Source: an uncultured Deinococcaceae bacterium
Lineage (GTDB): Bacteria; Deinococcota; Deinococci; Deinococcales; Deinococcaceae
DNA length: 64,000 nt
Assembly (NCBI GenBank): GCA_964252075.1
Contig: CAXULY010000007.1
Coordinates: 64,001 to 128,000 of the forward strand
Direction of reading: 5' to 3'
Shown: piece by piece, positions 1 to 10,751 of the stretch
Layout of the letters: each line of letters opens with the position of its first letter
Position numbering within the stretch: position 1 is the first letter of the stretch
Translations under genes and position numbers: made by a program
The notes under the pieces: generated by a model
The model's input: only the letters and a program-made list of their open reading frames with translations
Databases searched by the model: none
Told to the model about the DNA's origin: nothing

Positions 1-1878
1 GCGCACGCGCTGCTGCTGCGCCTTATCGCGTCCGGTGAGGTGACGGGCGTGCGGCTGGACCACACGGACGGCCTGTATGACCCCGCCGGGTACTTCGAGG
101 CGCTGCAGGCGCGCGCGGGCGAGGTGCTGCAGAAGCCCTACGAGCGCGGTGGGGAGCTGCCCCTGTACCTCGTGGCGGAGAAGATCCTGGAGCCCGGCGA
201 GGCCCTCCCGCGCCGCTGGGCGGTGCACGGCACCACCGGCTACGACTTCCTGGCGCAGCTCGGCGGGGTGTTCGTGGACACCCGCAACGACGCCGAGATG
301 ACCGGCATGTACCGGCGCTTCACGGGCGAGACCGCCAGCTACGGCGAGATGCTGCACACCGGCAAACTGCTGATCGAGCGGGCGAGCCTCGCGAGTGAGG
401 TAAACCTCCTCGCGGAGCGCCTGCAGCGCCTCGCGGACGCCGACCGCCGCTCGCGGGACTTCACCTTGAGCGCCCTGCGCGCCGCGATCCGCGCGGTGAT
501 CGCGAGCTTCCCGGTGTACCGCAGTTACGTGCGTGAGGACGGCGCGCGCGAGGAGCGCGACAACGCGCACATCAACAAGGCCGTGCGGGACGCGCGGCGC
601 CTGAACCGCGACCTGGACGTCACGGTCTTCGATTTCCTGCGGGACGTGCTGACCCTGCGCGTGCCGGAGGGCGCGGACCGCGCCGCGTGGGCGCAGTTCG
701 CGCTGAAGTTCCAGCAGCTCACAGGTCCCGTGACCGCGAAGGGCGCGGAGGACACCGCCTTCTACCGCTACAACCGCCTGCTGGCGCTGAACGAGGTGGG
801 CGGCGACCCGGCGCTGTTCGGCACGCCGCTGGAGGTCTTCCACCGTGAGACCGCGAACCGCGCGCGCGACTGGCCGGAGGCGATGCTCAGCACCGCCACG
901 CACGACACCAAGCGCGGCGAGGACACGCGCGCGCGCATCGCGGTGCTGTCCGAGATGCCGCAGACGTGGGCGGCGTACCTGTCCACCTGGAGCGTGCTGG
1001 CGCGCCGCCTGAGCCGCGACCTGGAGGGCGTGCTGGCGCCCAGCCTGAACGACACCTACGCGGTCTTCCAGAACCTGCTGGGCACGTGGCCGCTGGATGG
1101 GGACTTCACGGATTACCAGCAGCGCCTGACGGACTACATGATCAAGGTGGCGCGCGAGGCGAAGCAGCAGACCAGCTGGCTGCAGCCGGACGAGGCCTAC
1201 GAGTCGGCCCTGACGGACTTCATCGCGTCCCTGCTGGCCGATCCGGAATTCCGCTCGGGCATGGAGGAACTGCACGCGCGCATCAGTCCGCACGGCGCGC
1301 AGAACAGCCTGTCCGCGACGCTCGCGCGCCTCACCGCGCCGGGCCTGCCGGACACCTACCAGGGCGCGGAGCTGTGGAACCAGACGCTGGTGGACCCGGA
1401 CAACCGCCGCCCCGTGGATTACCGCCGCCGCACGCGCGCCCTCACGGACTTTGAGAAGCGCCACGCGGACGACCCGCGTCAGGTGGCGACGGACCTGCTG
1501 GCGCGTTTCACAGACGGACGCGTGAAGCTGTTCGTGACGTGGGCGGCGCTGCAGGCGCGCCGCGCGCACCCCGAGCTGTTCGGGGAGGGCACGTACGTGC
1601 CGCTGGACGCCGACGATCACCTGCTGGCCTTCGCGCGGGAGCGGGAGGGGGAGCGCGCGGTGGTGCTGGCGCCGCGCCTGAGTTTCACCCTGACGGGCGA
1701 GCGCACCCCGTGGGCGCTGGGCGACGTGTGGGGGGACGCGCGCGTCACGCTGCCCACCGGCCGCTACGTGAACGTCCTGACAGGCGAGGCGCACGACGTG
1801 ACGGGCGAGGGCGCGGCGGTGGCGGACCTGCTGCGGCACTTCCCACTGGCCCTGCTCATCAGCGACTCCGCGCGCTGA
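1..1878 (+). CDS. treY: Malto-oligosyltrehalose synthase (5'-truncated by window edge)
   Basis: Frame open from base 1; GH13 motifs [58 protein letters not shown]. Confidence 0.93.
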   Translation, partial: AHALLLRLIASGEVTGVRLDHTDGLYDPAGYFEALQARAGEVLQKPYERGGELPLYLVAEKILEPGEALPRRWAVHGTTGYDFLAQLGGVFVDTRNDAEMTGMYRRFTGETASYGEMLHTGKLLIERASLASEVNLLAERLQRLADADRRSRDFTLSALRAAIRAVIASFPVYRSYVREDGAREERDNAHINKAVRDARRLNRDLDVTVFDFLRDVLTLRVPEGADRAAWAQFALKFQQLTGPVTAKGAEDTAFYRYNRLLALNEVGGDPALFGTPLEVFHRETANRARDWPEAMLSTATHDTKRGEDTRARIAVLSEMPQTWAAYLSTWSVLARRLSRDLEGVLAPSLNDTYAVFQNLLGTWPLDGDFTDYQQRLTDYMIKVAREAKQQTSWLQPDEAYESALTDFIASLLADPEFRSGMEELHARISPHGAQNSLSATLARLTAPGLPDTYQGAELWNQTLVDPDNRRPVDYRRRTRALTDFEKRHADDPRQVATDLLARFTDGRVKLFVTWAALQARRAHPELFGEGTYVPLDADDHLLAFAREREGERAVVLAPRLSFTLTGERTPWALGDVWGDARVTLPTGRYVNVLTGEAHDVTGEGAAVADLLRHFPLALLISDSAR

Positions 1879-1888
1879 GCGCGAAGGC

Positions 1889-1921
1889 AGGAGCGGGGCG
1901 CCCACAGGGCGCCCCGCTCCT
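1889..1921. terminator. Hairpin between convergent genes
   Basis: 15-bp perfect IR AGGAGCGGGGCGCCC-aca-GGGCGCCCCGCTCCT. Confidence 0.7.
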
Positions 1922-1937
1922 GTGCGCGGTTTCCCGG

Positions 1938-2348
1938 TCAGGCGCTCAGTTCCTCCACGACGTGCGGGCCGTAATGGTGGATGTAGTGCCCACCGCAGTC
2001 CTTGAAGGCCTGGCAGATGGCGCGCACGCCCTGCGCGGTGTTGGGGGTGCTGACCACCACCACGTGCCGCCCCTGGAAGAGTTCGCGCACGTAGCGTTCG
2101 AGGTGCTCGCGCTCGTCCGTGATGCTCTGCAGGGCGCGCAGCAGGCGGGAGAACAGCCCGTGGTGCCGGCCGTCCGGGTCGAGGTCGCGGGCGCCGTCCT
2201 CGCCGCTCAGCACCTGCACCTGCTGATCGCCGAAACCGCCGTCGAGCAGCCGCTGGCTGAGGTCGCGGACCGCCGAGAGGTCGTCGAACACGCCGTACAG
2301 GGCGCTCCTGGGCCTGAAGGTGAAGTGACTCTGGCGGGTCGCGGTCAT
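1938..2348 (-). CDS. Hypothetical protein (~136 aa)
   Basis: GGGAGG RBS before ATG 2348; host-like codon usage. Confidence 0.7.
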   Translation of the reverse strand: MTATRQSHFTFRPRSALYGVFDDLSAVRDLSQRLLDGGFGDQQVQVLSGEDGARDLDPDGRHHGLFSRLLRALQSITDEREHLERYVRELFQGRHVVVVSTPNTAQGVRAICQAFKDCGGHYIHHYGPHVVEELSA

Positions 2349-2535
2349 ACAAGCCTCCCTGGCCGCAGCGGTGCTGCGGAGTGCATGGAACGACGCGGTG
2401 CGGATCCGGTTGCCTGGGACGTTTGTCCTGATGATAAGCCGCACGAAGCCCGCTTGACCTGAGTTAGCTTCACAGTTCGCCGTTAACTGGGGGTTAAAGT
2501 CCCCACGGACGCGCCGCGCCCATTAGAGTAACCGC

Positions 2536-3156
2536 GTGGCCCGGCGTGTGAACCCCATTCTGGAGAAGCAGCGGCGGGCGGGGCTGGAACGCGCCGCCTA
2601 CCAGATGATCTTCACGCGCGGCTACGCGCACGTGACGCTCGCGGACATCGCGGCCGAGGCGGGCGTCTCGAAAGGCACGCTGGTGTATTACTTCGGGAGC
2701 CGCGAGGGGCTCTTCGAGGCGGTCATGCGCCGCTTCGTGCGCACCATCGCGGTCGCCACCCGGCGCGCCGTGCGCACCACGGACAGCCCGGAGGCGCGCC
2801 TGCGCGCCTTCGTGGACAACCAGTTCTACGGCCTGGAGAACACCCGGCGCTTCTACACGGTGTACCTGGATTTCCTGTCGGCCAGCACCAAGGACGAGGC
2901 CCTGATGCGCGTGCAGCGCGCCTTCCTGGCACAGAGCCAGGCGCTGGACTTTGAGCTCGCGCGGCTGGCGGGCGAATCGGGCGTGGAGGCGCGCGCGTGG
3001 CAGCTGCGCGCGCTGGTGGACGGGCTCTCCATCCGGTTCCTGTGCGACCCGGAGCCGAGCCTGGAGGTGTACCGCGCGCGCTGCCTGGCGGGCCTCAGGG
3101 CGCTGCTGGACCTGCCGGAAGCGGGTCGCGCGGCAGGGACGCCAGCGTCGCACTGA
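2536..3156 (+). CDS. TetR/AcrR family regulator
   Basis: N-terminal HTH (VTLADIAAEAGVSKGTLVYYFGSREGL); TAGAGT 6 nt before GTG (leaderless). Confidence 0.92.
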   Translation: MARRVNPILEKQRRAGLERAAYQMIFTRGYAHVTLADIAAEAGVSKGTLVYYFGSREGLFEAVMRRFVRTIAVATRRAVRTTDSPEARLRAFVDNQFYGLENTRRFYTVYLDFLSASTKDEALMRVQRAFLAQSQALDFELARLAGESGVEARAWQLRALVDGLSIRFLCDPEPSLEVYRARCLAGLRALLDLPEAGRAAGTPASH

Positions 3157-3859
3157 GCGCCCGCGCGCCCTCCAGCAGGCGCGGGCCGGGCCGACCCAGC
3201 CCACTCTCGGGAATGCACACCACGGGCGCGCCCAGGCCGCGCGCCTCGGCCACCTCGGGGCGCAGCTTCTTCACCCCGCACCACGCGATCACGTGCAGGT
3301 CCGCGCGCGCGGCGCGCAGGTCGTCCAGCGTGACGGGCGCGCTGCGGCGCTCCAGGCCCTCGAAGGCGTTCACGGCGCCGAGCGCGCGCAGCAGGTCGTT
3401 CACCCAGCTCTGCGCGCCCGCGACGATCACGGGGCGCGGCCACCACTCCACCACCACGCGCGGCGCGCGCGCGCCGGGCACGCGCAGGGCCGCGAGTTCC
3501 GCCCGCATGTCCGCCACGACCTGACCCGCGCGCGCCCGCTGCCCGAGGGCCTCCCCCACCGCGCGGATGTCGGCGTACACGTCCTCCAGGGTGACGGGGT
3601 CGAGGTTCAGGTGCGGCAGGCCAGCGGCGCGCACGTCCGCGAGGACGCGCTCCATGCCGGGCACGCTGAGGCTCGTGAGGGTGAGGTCCGGCGCGAGCGC
3701 CGCGAGGCGCGCCACGTCAATGTTCAGGTCCGGGCCGAGGCGCTCGGCGTGCGCCGCTTCGGGCGCGTCGCTGTGGCTGTCCACCGCGACGAGTTGCCCA
3801 GCCAGCCCGAGCGCGGCGAGAATCTCGGTGTTGGAGCAGGTCAGGGACGCGAGGCGCAC
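3095..3859 (-). CDS. BtuF-like cobalamin/helical-backbone metal-binding protein
   Basis: SLTCSNTEILAALG...LVAVDSHSD, PDL motifs; TACACT 6 nt before GTG 3859. Confidence 0.8.
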   Translation of the reverse strand: MRLASLTCSNTEILAALGLAGQLVAVDSHSDAPEAAHAERLGPDLNIDVARLAALAPDLTLTSLSVPGMERVLADVRAAGLPHLNLDPVTLEDVYADIRAVGEALGQRARAGQVVADMRAELAALRVPGARAPRVVVEWWPRPVIVAGAQSWVNDLLRALGAVNAFEGLERRSAPVTLDDLRAARADLHVIAWCGVKKLRPEVAEARGLGAPVVCIPESGLGRPGPRLLEGARALSATLASLPRDPLPAGPAAP

Positions 3860-3951
3860 CACCCCAGTGTAGGGCGGGCGGCTGGTGCGGGTAAGGGGCC
3901 TTCATGGGCGGCAGTCAAACGCCCTTGTCGCGCTGTGGTAGTTTGCAAGTT

Positions 3952-4839
3952 ATGAACAGCAGGACGACCTTCGCCGTCACCATCACGCTGCTGGTGGCCC
4001 TCACCCTGGGTGGCGGCATCGCCGGATTCCGGCTGGGCACCGCCGAGCCCGCGACGCAGGGCGGCGTCGCGGAGGGCGGCCCGCAGACCCTCCAGACGCC
4101 GAACAACACGGGACCCGACACGGGCTCCAGCACCAACAACGCCAACGTGGTGCCGGGCAGCGCCAAGCCCGGCGACAACGAGGCGAACACCGGCGCCGCG
4201 AGCACCAGCGGGAACAGCGCGGCGGCCGGCACGAGCAGCGCGGTGGGGTCCGGCAGCGCCGCGGCGGGCAACAGCACGCCGGCCGCCGGGCAGGGCGTGG
4301 CGAGCGCGAATGGCGCGAGCGGCGCGTCCACGGGTGGGGCACAGAGTGGCACCACCACCACGAACCTCAGCACGGCGGGCACCAGCAGCGGCTCGGGCGC
4401 GCCCGTCGTGGCGGGCAGCGGCGTGTCGGGCAACAGCACCGCCGCGGACATCCAGGCGAACGGCGTGAACAACCGCGGCGCGGCGGGCACCGAGGGCGTG
4501 TCGGGCGGCACGCCGTCCGGCACGCGGCCCGGCGTGACGCCCACGAACACCACCGTGAACGACGCGGCGGCCGCGCCGGACGCAGCGGCGGGCGGGGAGA
4601 AGTTCGCGTCGGCGGGCTGCTCCGGCTGCCACGGCGCGGACGCGCACGGCGGCGTCGGCCCGAACCTGACGCTCGCGGACGGCCCGAAAGGCTGGACGCT
4701 CGATCAGTTCACGGCGGTGATCCGCGAGGGGCGCGCGCCGGACCGCAACCTCAGCGCCGTCATGCCGAAGTTCAGCCCCGAGCAGCTGAGCGACCAGGAC
4801 ATCGCGAACATCCAGGCGCACATCAAGACCCTGCCGTAA
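3952..4839 (+). CDS. Membrane-anchored c-type cytochrome with long low-complexity linker
   Basis: N-terminal hydrophobic segment, G/S/A/T/N-rich linker, C-terminal CSGCH and MP axial Met motif. Confidence 0.85.
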   Translation: MNSRTTFAVTITLLVALTLGGGIAGFRLGTAEPATQGGVAEGGPQTLQTPNNTGPDTGSSTNNANVVPGSAKPGDNEANTGAASTSGNSAAAGTSSAVGSGSAAAGNSTPAAGQGVASANGASGASTGGAQSGTTTTNLSTAGTSSGSGAPVVAGSGVSGNSTAADIQANGVNNRGAAGTEGVSGGTPSGTRPGVTPTNTTVNDAAAAPDAAAGGEKFASAGCSGCHGADAHGGVGPNLTLADGPKGWTLDQFTAVIREGRAPDRNLSAVMPKFSPEQLSDQDIANIQAHIKTLP

Positions 4840-4944
4840 GGCGGGCTGGCGGGCCGACCCCGATGCCGGGGTCGGCCCGTTTCGCTGCACCCCAACCGCC
4901 CCGTGGCTTACCGCGCGCCTCACGGTGAGGCGCTAGGGTGGGGC

Positions 4945-6558
4945 ATGGTGGACTTTGCCTCGCTGACCGACCAGCTCCGCCCCACCCCGCCCGAACCGCT
5001 CCCGAAGGGCCTCACGCTGCCCACCTGGGTGGTGGTGGACGTGCAGGGCACGTACCCCGCGCGCAGCGCCGCGAATCCGCTGGCGCAGCTCGTGAACCGC
5101 CAGGACAGCCTGGAGGCTTTCGACCGCCGCCTGGAGGCGCTCGCGAAGGCGGAGTGGCTGCACGGCGTGTTGTTCCGCATCCATGACGTGCAGGTGGGTC
5201 TCGCGACGGCGTGGCACCTGGGCCGCAGCATCGAGCGGCTCTCGAAGGCCAAGCGCACCGTCGCGCACGCCGCGAACCTGAACATGCGCTCGTACCTGCT
5301 GGCGTCCGGCGCGCGCGAGGTGGCCGCGCCGGAGAGCGCGGAGCTGAACTTCACGGGCCTCGCGATGGAGGTGACGTTCCTCGGGGAGTTCCTGCAGAAG
5401 CACGGCGTGCAGTTCGAGAACCTGCGCATCCGGGAGTACAAGAGCGCCCTCACGCGCTTCTCGGAGACCGGCATGGACGCGCACGACCGCGAGCAGCGCG
5501 AGGTGCTGCTGTCCGCCATCGAGGACGCCTGGGTGCGGGACGTGGCGGTGCGGCGCGGGCGCGCACAGGCGGAGGTGCGCGCGTGGCTGCAGGCGGGCGT
5601 CACGTCCGCGCAACAGGCGCGCGAGCTGGGCCTCCTTGACCGCGTGGCGTACGAGGACGAACTGGTGGGGCCCGCCACGCGGCCCGTCGCGAGCGTCGCG
5701 AAGCGCCTGGCCGGGAAGCCCGGCGCGGGCCGTGAGGGGCGCGTGGCGGTCGTGACCCTGTCGGGCGCGATCGTGCCGGGCCGCTCGCGCAACGTGCCCA
5801 TCCCGCTGCCGCTGGCGGGCGGGCCGCAGGCGGGCGCGGACAGCGTGGTGGCGGCCCTGCGGCGCGCGCTGCGCGACAAGACCACGCGCGCGGTGGTGTT
5901 CCACGTGGATTCTGGGGGTGGGTCGGCGCTCGCGTCGGACCTAATCTGGCGGGAGGTCGCGCGGGCGCAGAAGCCCGTCGTGGCCGTGATGGGTGAGGTC
6001 GCGGCGTCCGGCGGGTACTACGTGCTGACGCACGCGCGGCGCGTGATCGCGAGCCCGCACACCATCACGGGGTCCATCGGGGTGGTGACGGGCAAGCCGG
6101 TGCTGGAGGCCTTCAACGCGCGGTACGGCTTCAAGGCGGAGACCGTGCGGACGGGTGAGCTGGCGGCGCTGGAGAGCAGCGCGCGGCCCTTCACGCCGGA
6201 GCAGCGGGCCCTGGTGGAGCGCGGCATCGAGGAGGTGTACGACCGCTTCACGCAGCGCGTGGCGCAGGGGCGTGGGCTCACGCAGGCGCGCGTGAACGAG
6301 ATCGGGCGCGGGCGCATCTGGAGCGGCGCGGACGCCCTGGAAGTCGGGCTGGTGAATGAGTTGGGCGACCTGAACACCGCCATTGAGCGGGCGTGCGAGC
6401 TGGCGGGCCTGCCGTACGGCGCGCCCGTGTGGACGGCAGAGGCGCCGCGCAGCGGGCCGCTGCCCGTGCCGGTCGAGGTGAACCCCGCGGCGGCCCTAAG
6501 CTGGCTGTCGGAGCGCCACCTGCTGCTGATGGACCCCAGCTGGCGCCTGCGCGGCTGA
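4945..6558 (+). CDS. sppA: Signal peptide peptidase (S49)
   Basis: VDSGGGSALASDLIW, AASGGYY, TITGSIGV, EYKSA motifs. Confidence 0.9.
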   Translation: MVDFASLTDQLRPTPPEPLPKGLTLPTWVVVDVQGTYPARSAANPLAQLVNRQDSLEAFDRRLEALAKAEWLHGVLFRIHDVQVGLATAWHLGRSIERLSKAKRTVAHAANLNMRSYLLASGAREVAAPESAELNFTGLAMEVTFLGEFLQKHGVQFENLRIREYKSALTRFSETGMDAHDREQREVLLSAIEDAWVRDVAVRRGRAQAEVRAWLQAGVTSAQQARELGLLDRVAYEDELVGPATRPVASVAKRLAGKPGAGREGRVAVVTLSGAIVPGRSRNVPIPLPLAGGPQAGADSVVAALRRALRDKTTRAVVFHVDSGGGSALASDLIWREVARAQKPVVAVMGEVAASGGYYVLTHARRVIASPHTITGSIGVVTGKPVLEAFNARYGFKAETVRTGELAALESSARPFTPEQRALVERGIEEVYDRFTQRVAQGRGLTQARVNEIGRGRIWSGADALEVGLVNELGDLNTAIERACELAGLPYGAPVWTAEAPRSGPLPVPVEVNPAAALSWLSERHLLLMDPSWRLRG

Positions 6559-6652
6559 TCGGCGGCGTTCGGGCCCGCCGCGGCGTGCTGCGGCGGGTCC
6601 TCGCGTGCCTTACGCTTGCAAAGCCACCGGCATTCGGGCAGGATCAGGTCTC

Positions 6653-7111
6653 ATGCCGACGCATTTCGCCGGAACCGAGGAGCAGCGCGCCGCCTTGGAC
6701 GCCTACATCAAGCTGTGGCGCGCCGCGCACGCGGTGGAGGCGCGCGCGAACCGCCACCTGCTGACGCACGGCCTCACCATCAGTCAGTTCGCGGTGCTGG
6801 AGGCCGTGTACCACCTGGGGCCGCTCAGCCAGCGGCAGCTGGCCGCAAAGATCCTGCGCTCCAGCGGGAACCTCACGATGGTCATTGACAACCTGGAGCG
6901 CGCGGGGCACGTGCGGCGCGAGCGGCAGGCGCGCGATCGGCGGGTGGTGACGGTGTCCCTCACGCCGGGCGGCCGGGCGCTGGTGGAGAAGCTGCTGCCG
7001 ACCCACGTGGCGGGCATCCAGTCGGCCTTCGCGGCGCTGGATGCTGAGGAGCTTGCGGCCTTCGCGCGCCTGTCCCGCAAACTCGGGCTCTCGCTGATGG
7101 AGGAGCAATAG
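6653..7111 (+). CDS. MarR family regulator (MhqR-like)
   Basis: LTISQFAVLE, SSGNLTMVIDNLE, DRRVVTVSLT winged helix; upstream of dioxygenase/esterase. Confidence 0.9.
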   Translation: MPTHFAGTEEQRAALDAYIKLWRAAHAVEARANRHLLTHGLTISQFAVLEAVYHLGPLSQRQLAAKILRSSGNLTMVIDNLERAGHVRRERQARDRRVVTVSLTPGGRALVEKLLPTHVAGIQSAFAALDAEELAAFARLSRKLGLSLMEEQ

Positions 7112-7158
7112 CTCCTTGCCTTACATAATCGTTCAATGTTAAGTGATTTGATGTGAGC

Positions 7159-8136
7159 ATGAAGAACCCCGTTCAAGGCCTGCATCACGTGACCGTCATG
7201 GCGAGCGACCCGCAGCGCAACATCGACTTCTATACGCGCCTGCTCGGGCAGCGCCTCGTAAAGGTCACCGTGAACTTCGACGACCCCGGCACCTACCACC
7301 TGTACTACGGCGACCGCGTGGGCAGCCCCGGCACCGTCATGACCTTCTTCCCCTGGGTGGGCGCGCGGCGCGGCACGCGCGGCAACGGCGAGGTCGTCGC
7401 GACCGCCTACAGCGTCCCGCGCGCCGCGCTGGACTTCTGGCGCGCGCGCCTCACCGAGCAGGGCCTCAGCTTCACCGAGCAGACGCGCTTCGGGGACACC
7501 GTGCTCGTCACGGAGGACCCGGACGGCATGCCGCTGGAACTCGTCGCAGACGACGGCGCGCCCGTCCTGCCGTGGGCGAAGAGCCCCGTCGGGGAGGCCG
7601 AGGCGCTGCACGGCTTCCACAGCGTGACCCTGTGGGAGCACGACCACCGCACCGTGGAGTCGCTGCTGGTGGGGCAGCTGGGCTTCACCGCCGTGGGCAG
7701 CGAGCCGGACGCGCAGGGCACCCGGTACCGTTACCGCGGCGCGGGCGACGGCGTGGGCCTGTACGTGGACGTGGTGGAGCGCCCCGGCGCGCCGCGCGGT
7801 CGCCCCGGGGCGGGCACCGTGCATCACGTCGCGCTGCGCACCGTGGATGACGCCGAGCAGGCCGAGTACCTCGCGCAGCTGGGCGCCGCCGGGTACGGCC
7901 CGACGCCCGTGCAGGACCGCCAGTACTTCCACTCCATCTACTTCCGCGAGCCGGGCGGCGTGCTGTTCGAGATCGCCACGGACGCGCCCGGCTTCGACGA
8001 CGACGAGCCCGTCGAGGAACTCGGCAGCCACCTGAAGCTCCCCGCATGGTTCGAGGAGAAGCGCGACCTCATCGAGCGGCACGTGCCCGCCATCGTGAGC
8101 CCCGAGTACGGCGTGACCATCGGGGGCAAGCGGTGA
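7159..8136 (+). CDS. Ring-cleaving dioxygenase (MhqO-like VOC family)
   Basis: GLHHVT, VKVTVNFDDPGTYHLYYGD, HHVA, DRQYFHSIYFREPGGVLFEIATD. Confidence 0.92.
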   Translation: MKNPVQGLHHVTVMASDPQRNIDFYTRLLGQRLVKVTVNFDDPGTYHLYYGDRVGSPGTVMTFFPWVGARRGTRGNGEVVATAYSVPRAALDFWRARLTEQGLSFTEQTRFGDTVLVTEDPDGMPLELVADDGAPVLPWAKSPVGEAEALHGFHSVTLWEHDHRTVESLLVGQLGFTAVGSEPDAQGTRYRYRGAGDGVGLYVDVVERPGAPRGRPGAGTVHHVALRTVDDAEQAEYLAQLGAAGYGPTPVQDRQYFHSIYFREPGGVLFEIATDAPGFDDDEPVEELGSHLKLPAWFEEKRDLIERHVPAIVSPEYGVTIGGKR

Positions 8137-8783
8137 CGGCGCGCGACCCGCACGCGGGTCAGCCGGTGCGGTCCGGCTGGCGCGAGCCGCGCGGCGCGCG
8201 GGTCGGGGCGCTGCTGCTGCACGGGCGCGGCGGGAGCGCCGAGGACATCCTGGGCCTCGCGGACCAGTTCAGCCTCTCGGCCTTCGCGTACCTCGCGCCG
8301 CAGGCCGCCGGGCACAGCTGGTACCCGCTGTCCTTCCTGGCGCCCCCCGCGCAGAACGAGCCCTACCTGTCGAGCGCGCTGGAGGCCGTGGGGCGCGCGC
8401 TGGCGCAGTTCGAAGCGGCGGGCATCCCGCCCGCGCGCGTGATGCTGGGCGGCTTCTCGCAGGGCGCGTGCCTCGCGCTGGAAGTCGCGGCGCGCGCCGG
8501 GCAGCGCCTGGGTGGGGTGTTCGCCTTCAGCGGCGCGCTCATCACGCTGGAGCACGCGGGCGACCTCGCGGGCACGCCGGTGTTCATGGGTGTGGATGAG
8601 CGCGACGGGCACATCCCCCTGGACCGCTTCCAGCAGAGCGCCGAGGTGCTGCGCGCGCGCGGCGCCCGCGTGGACGCGCGCGTGTACCGCGGCCTGGGGC
8701 ACACCATCAACACCGAGGAGATCAACACCGTGCGGGACACCATGCGGCAGCTGATCTTCGACAGCCTCGAAGATCCGAAATGA
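8133..8783 (+). CDS. Phospholipase/carboxylesterase family alpha/beta hydrolase
   Basis: LLHGRG, GFSQG nucleophile, D..H triad; GTGA overlap with upstream stop. Confidence 0.88.
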   Translation: MTARDPHAGQPVRSGWREPRGARVGALLLHGRGGSAEDILGLADQFSLSAFAYLAPQAAGHSWYPLSFLAPPAQNEPYLSSALEAVGRALAQFEAAGIPPARVMLGGFSQGACLALEVAARAGQRLGGVFAFSGALITLEHAGDLAGTPVFMGVDERDGHIPLDRFQQSAEVLRARGARVDARVYRGLGHTINTEEINTVRDTMRQLIFDSLEDPK

Positions 8784-8817
8784 AAGAGGGGGGACCGCGA
8801 GTGCGGTCCCCCCTCTT
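8784..8817. terminator. Bidirectional terminator-like hairpin
   Basis: 15-bp IR AAGAGGGGGGACCGC-gagt-GCGGTCCCCCCTCTT between convergent operons. Confidence 0.75.
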
Positions 8818-8831
8818 CACGCGGACGGCGC

Positions 8832-9728
8832 TTAGCCCTTCACGGCGCCCGTGATGGACGCGCCCTCCACGAAGTACTTCTGGAAGGCGTAGAACAGCAC
8901 GATCACGGGCAGAAGCACCAGGATGGACGCCGCCATCAGGAGCTGCCACTGCACGTTGTAGCTGGTCCTGAAGAACTGCAGGCCCACCTGCAGCGTGTAC
9001 AGCTGGTCGTCCTTCAGGTACAGCAGCGGCCCCACGTAGTCGTTCCAGGCGCCGTCGAAGGAGAACAGCGCGACGGTCGCGAGGGCGGGCGCGGCGAGCG
9101 GCACCGCGATGCGCCACCAGATCCACAGCTCGTTCGCGCCGTCAATGCGCGCCGCCTCGATCAGGTCGTTCGGGAGGCCCAGGAAGAACTGCCGCAGCAT
9201 GAACGTGAAGAACGCGCTCGCGAAGAAGGCGGGCACCACCAGCGGCGCGTAGGTGCCCACCCAGTGCAGCTTGCTGAACAGCACGAACTGCGGGATGAGC
9301 GTCACCATGCCGGGAATCATCATGCTGGAGAGCAGCACCACGAACATGAAGTCGCGCCCCGGGAAGCGCAGCTTCGCGAAGCCGTACGCCACGAAGGCGT
9401 TCACGAACACCGTCGCGGCCGTCACGACGCCCGCGTACAGCACGGTGTTGATGGCGTAACGCGTGAAGGGCGCGCCCAGCCACGCCTTCACGTAGTTCCC
9501 CCATTGCGGCGGGTCGGGAATCCAGCGGGGCGGGTACGCGAAGACCTGCGTGTCCGGCTTCAGGGACGTGCTGATCATCCACACGGCGGGCGTCAGGATA
9601 ATCAGCGCGAGGCCGACCAGCAGCAGCAGCGCGAGGGCCTGCCCCACCAGGCGCAGGGTGCGGTGGCGTCGGCTCAGGACGGCGCCCGTGCCGGGCCGCA
9701 GGCGGGGCGTGGGGCGCGTGAGGGCCAT
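8832..9728 (-). CDS. Carbohydrate ABC transporter permease
   Basis: EAARIDGA loop, multiple TM segments. Confidence 0.92.
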   Translation of the reverse strand: MALTRPTPRLRPGTGAVLSRRHRTLRLVGQALALLLLVGLALIILTPAVWMISTSLKPDTQVFAYPPRWIPDPPQWGNYVKAWLGAPFTRYAINTVLYAGVVTAATVFVNAFVAYGFAKLRFPGRDFMFVVLLSSMMIPGMVTLIPQFVLFSKLHWVGTYAPLVVPAFFASAFFTFMLRQFFLGLPNDLIEAARIDGANELWIWWRIAVPLAAPALATVALFSFDGAWNDYVGPLLYLKDDQLYTLQVGLQFFRTSYNVQWQLLMAASILVLLPVIVLFYAFQKYFVEGASITGAVKG

Positions 9729-10660
9729 CAGCGCACCTCGCCTTCGTAGAACACCCAGCGTTTCGAGAGCGCGAGCTGCAGGCCCGTGATGAGCAGCGTG
9801 ATGAGCAGCAGAATCCAGGCCATGGCGCTCGCGTACCCCATCTTCAGGTTCGTGAACGCGGTGTTCCACATGTACAGGCCGTAGAAGAGCGTGCTGTCAC
9901 TCGGGCCGCCCTTCCCGCCGTCCGACACGATGAGCGCCGCCGACCAGAACTGCAGCGCCGCGATGAGGCCCACCACCACCTTGAAGAAGATGACGGGCGA
10001 GATCATGGGCATCGTGATGCGGCGAAACATCACCCAGGGCCCCGCGCCGTCCAGCTGCGCGCTCTCGTACAGTTCCTTCGGGACGCCCCTGAGGGCCGCG
10101 AGGTAGAACAGGTACCCGCCCACCGCGCCCCACCCGCTGATGATGATGAGCGCGGGTTTCGCCCACGCGGGGTCCGCGAACCACAGGGGCGGCTGCTGCA
10201 CCCCGAGCAGGTACAGGAAGCGGTTCACGATGCCCGCCTGCGGGTTAAAGACCCACAGCCACAGCAGCAGCACCGCGACGCCCGTCAGCACCTGCGGCAG
10301 GAAGAACACCGTGCGGAAGACGCGCTGGCCGGGCACGTCCTGGTTCAGCAGCACCGCCGTCGCGAGGCCCACCGCGACGCCCAGCGGCACCGCGAACAGG
10401 GTGTACAGCCCGGAGTTCGCGAGCGCCGTCCAGAAGCGCGAGTCCTGCGTGAAGAGCTCCACGTAGTTGCGCAGGCCCACCCAGTTGAAGCGCGACGTCA
10501 CGTCGTAATCCGTGAAGCTCGCGTACAGGGAGAACAGCATGGGGCCGGCGGTGAAGGCCAGGAACCCGATGATCCACGGCGCGACGAAAATCAGGCCCCA
10601 GATGGCCTCGCGCTGCCGCATGCCCAGCAGGCGCCGGGCGGGCGCGGGCGCGCGGCTCAC
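9728..10660 (-). CDS. Carbohydrate ABC transporter permease
   Basis: LYESAQLDGA loop, MGYASAMAW, TM segments. Confidence 0.92.
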   Translation of the reverse strand: MSRAPAPARRLLGMRQREAIWGLIFVAPWIIGFLAFTAGPMLFSLYASFTDYDVTSRFNWVGLRNYVELFTQDSRFWTALANSGLYTLFAVPLGVAVGLATAVLLNQDVPGQRVFRTVFFLPQVLTGVAVLLLWLWVFNPQAGIVNRFLYLLGVQQPPLWFADPAWAKPALIIISGWGAVGGYLFYLAALRGVPKELYESAQLDGAGPWVMFRRITMPMISPVIFFKVVVGLIAALQFWSAALIVSDGGKGGPSDSTLFYGLYMWNTAFTNLKMGYASAMAWILLLITLLITGLQLALSKRWVFYEGEVR

Positions 10661-10751
10661 GCGGCACCCCTCACGCCCGTGAAGGCGGCAGGGGGCGCCG
10701 GCCGCCCGGCCCGCACCCCCTCCGCCCGAATGCACTCAGGCGAGAGCCCGT

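Noticed and set aside
3095..3156. 62-bp convergent overlap of TetR and BtuF-like genes as antisense regulation
   Set aside because: Both tails are low-complexity; stop-codon drift in GC-rich DNA suffices.
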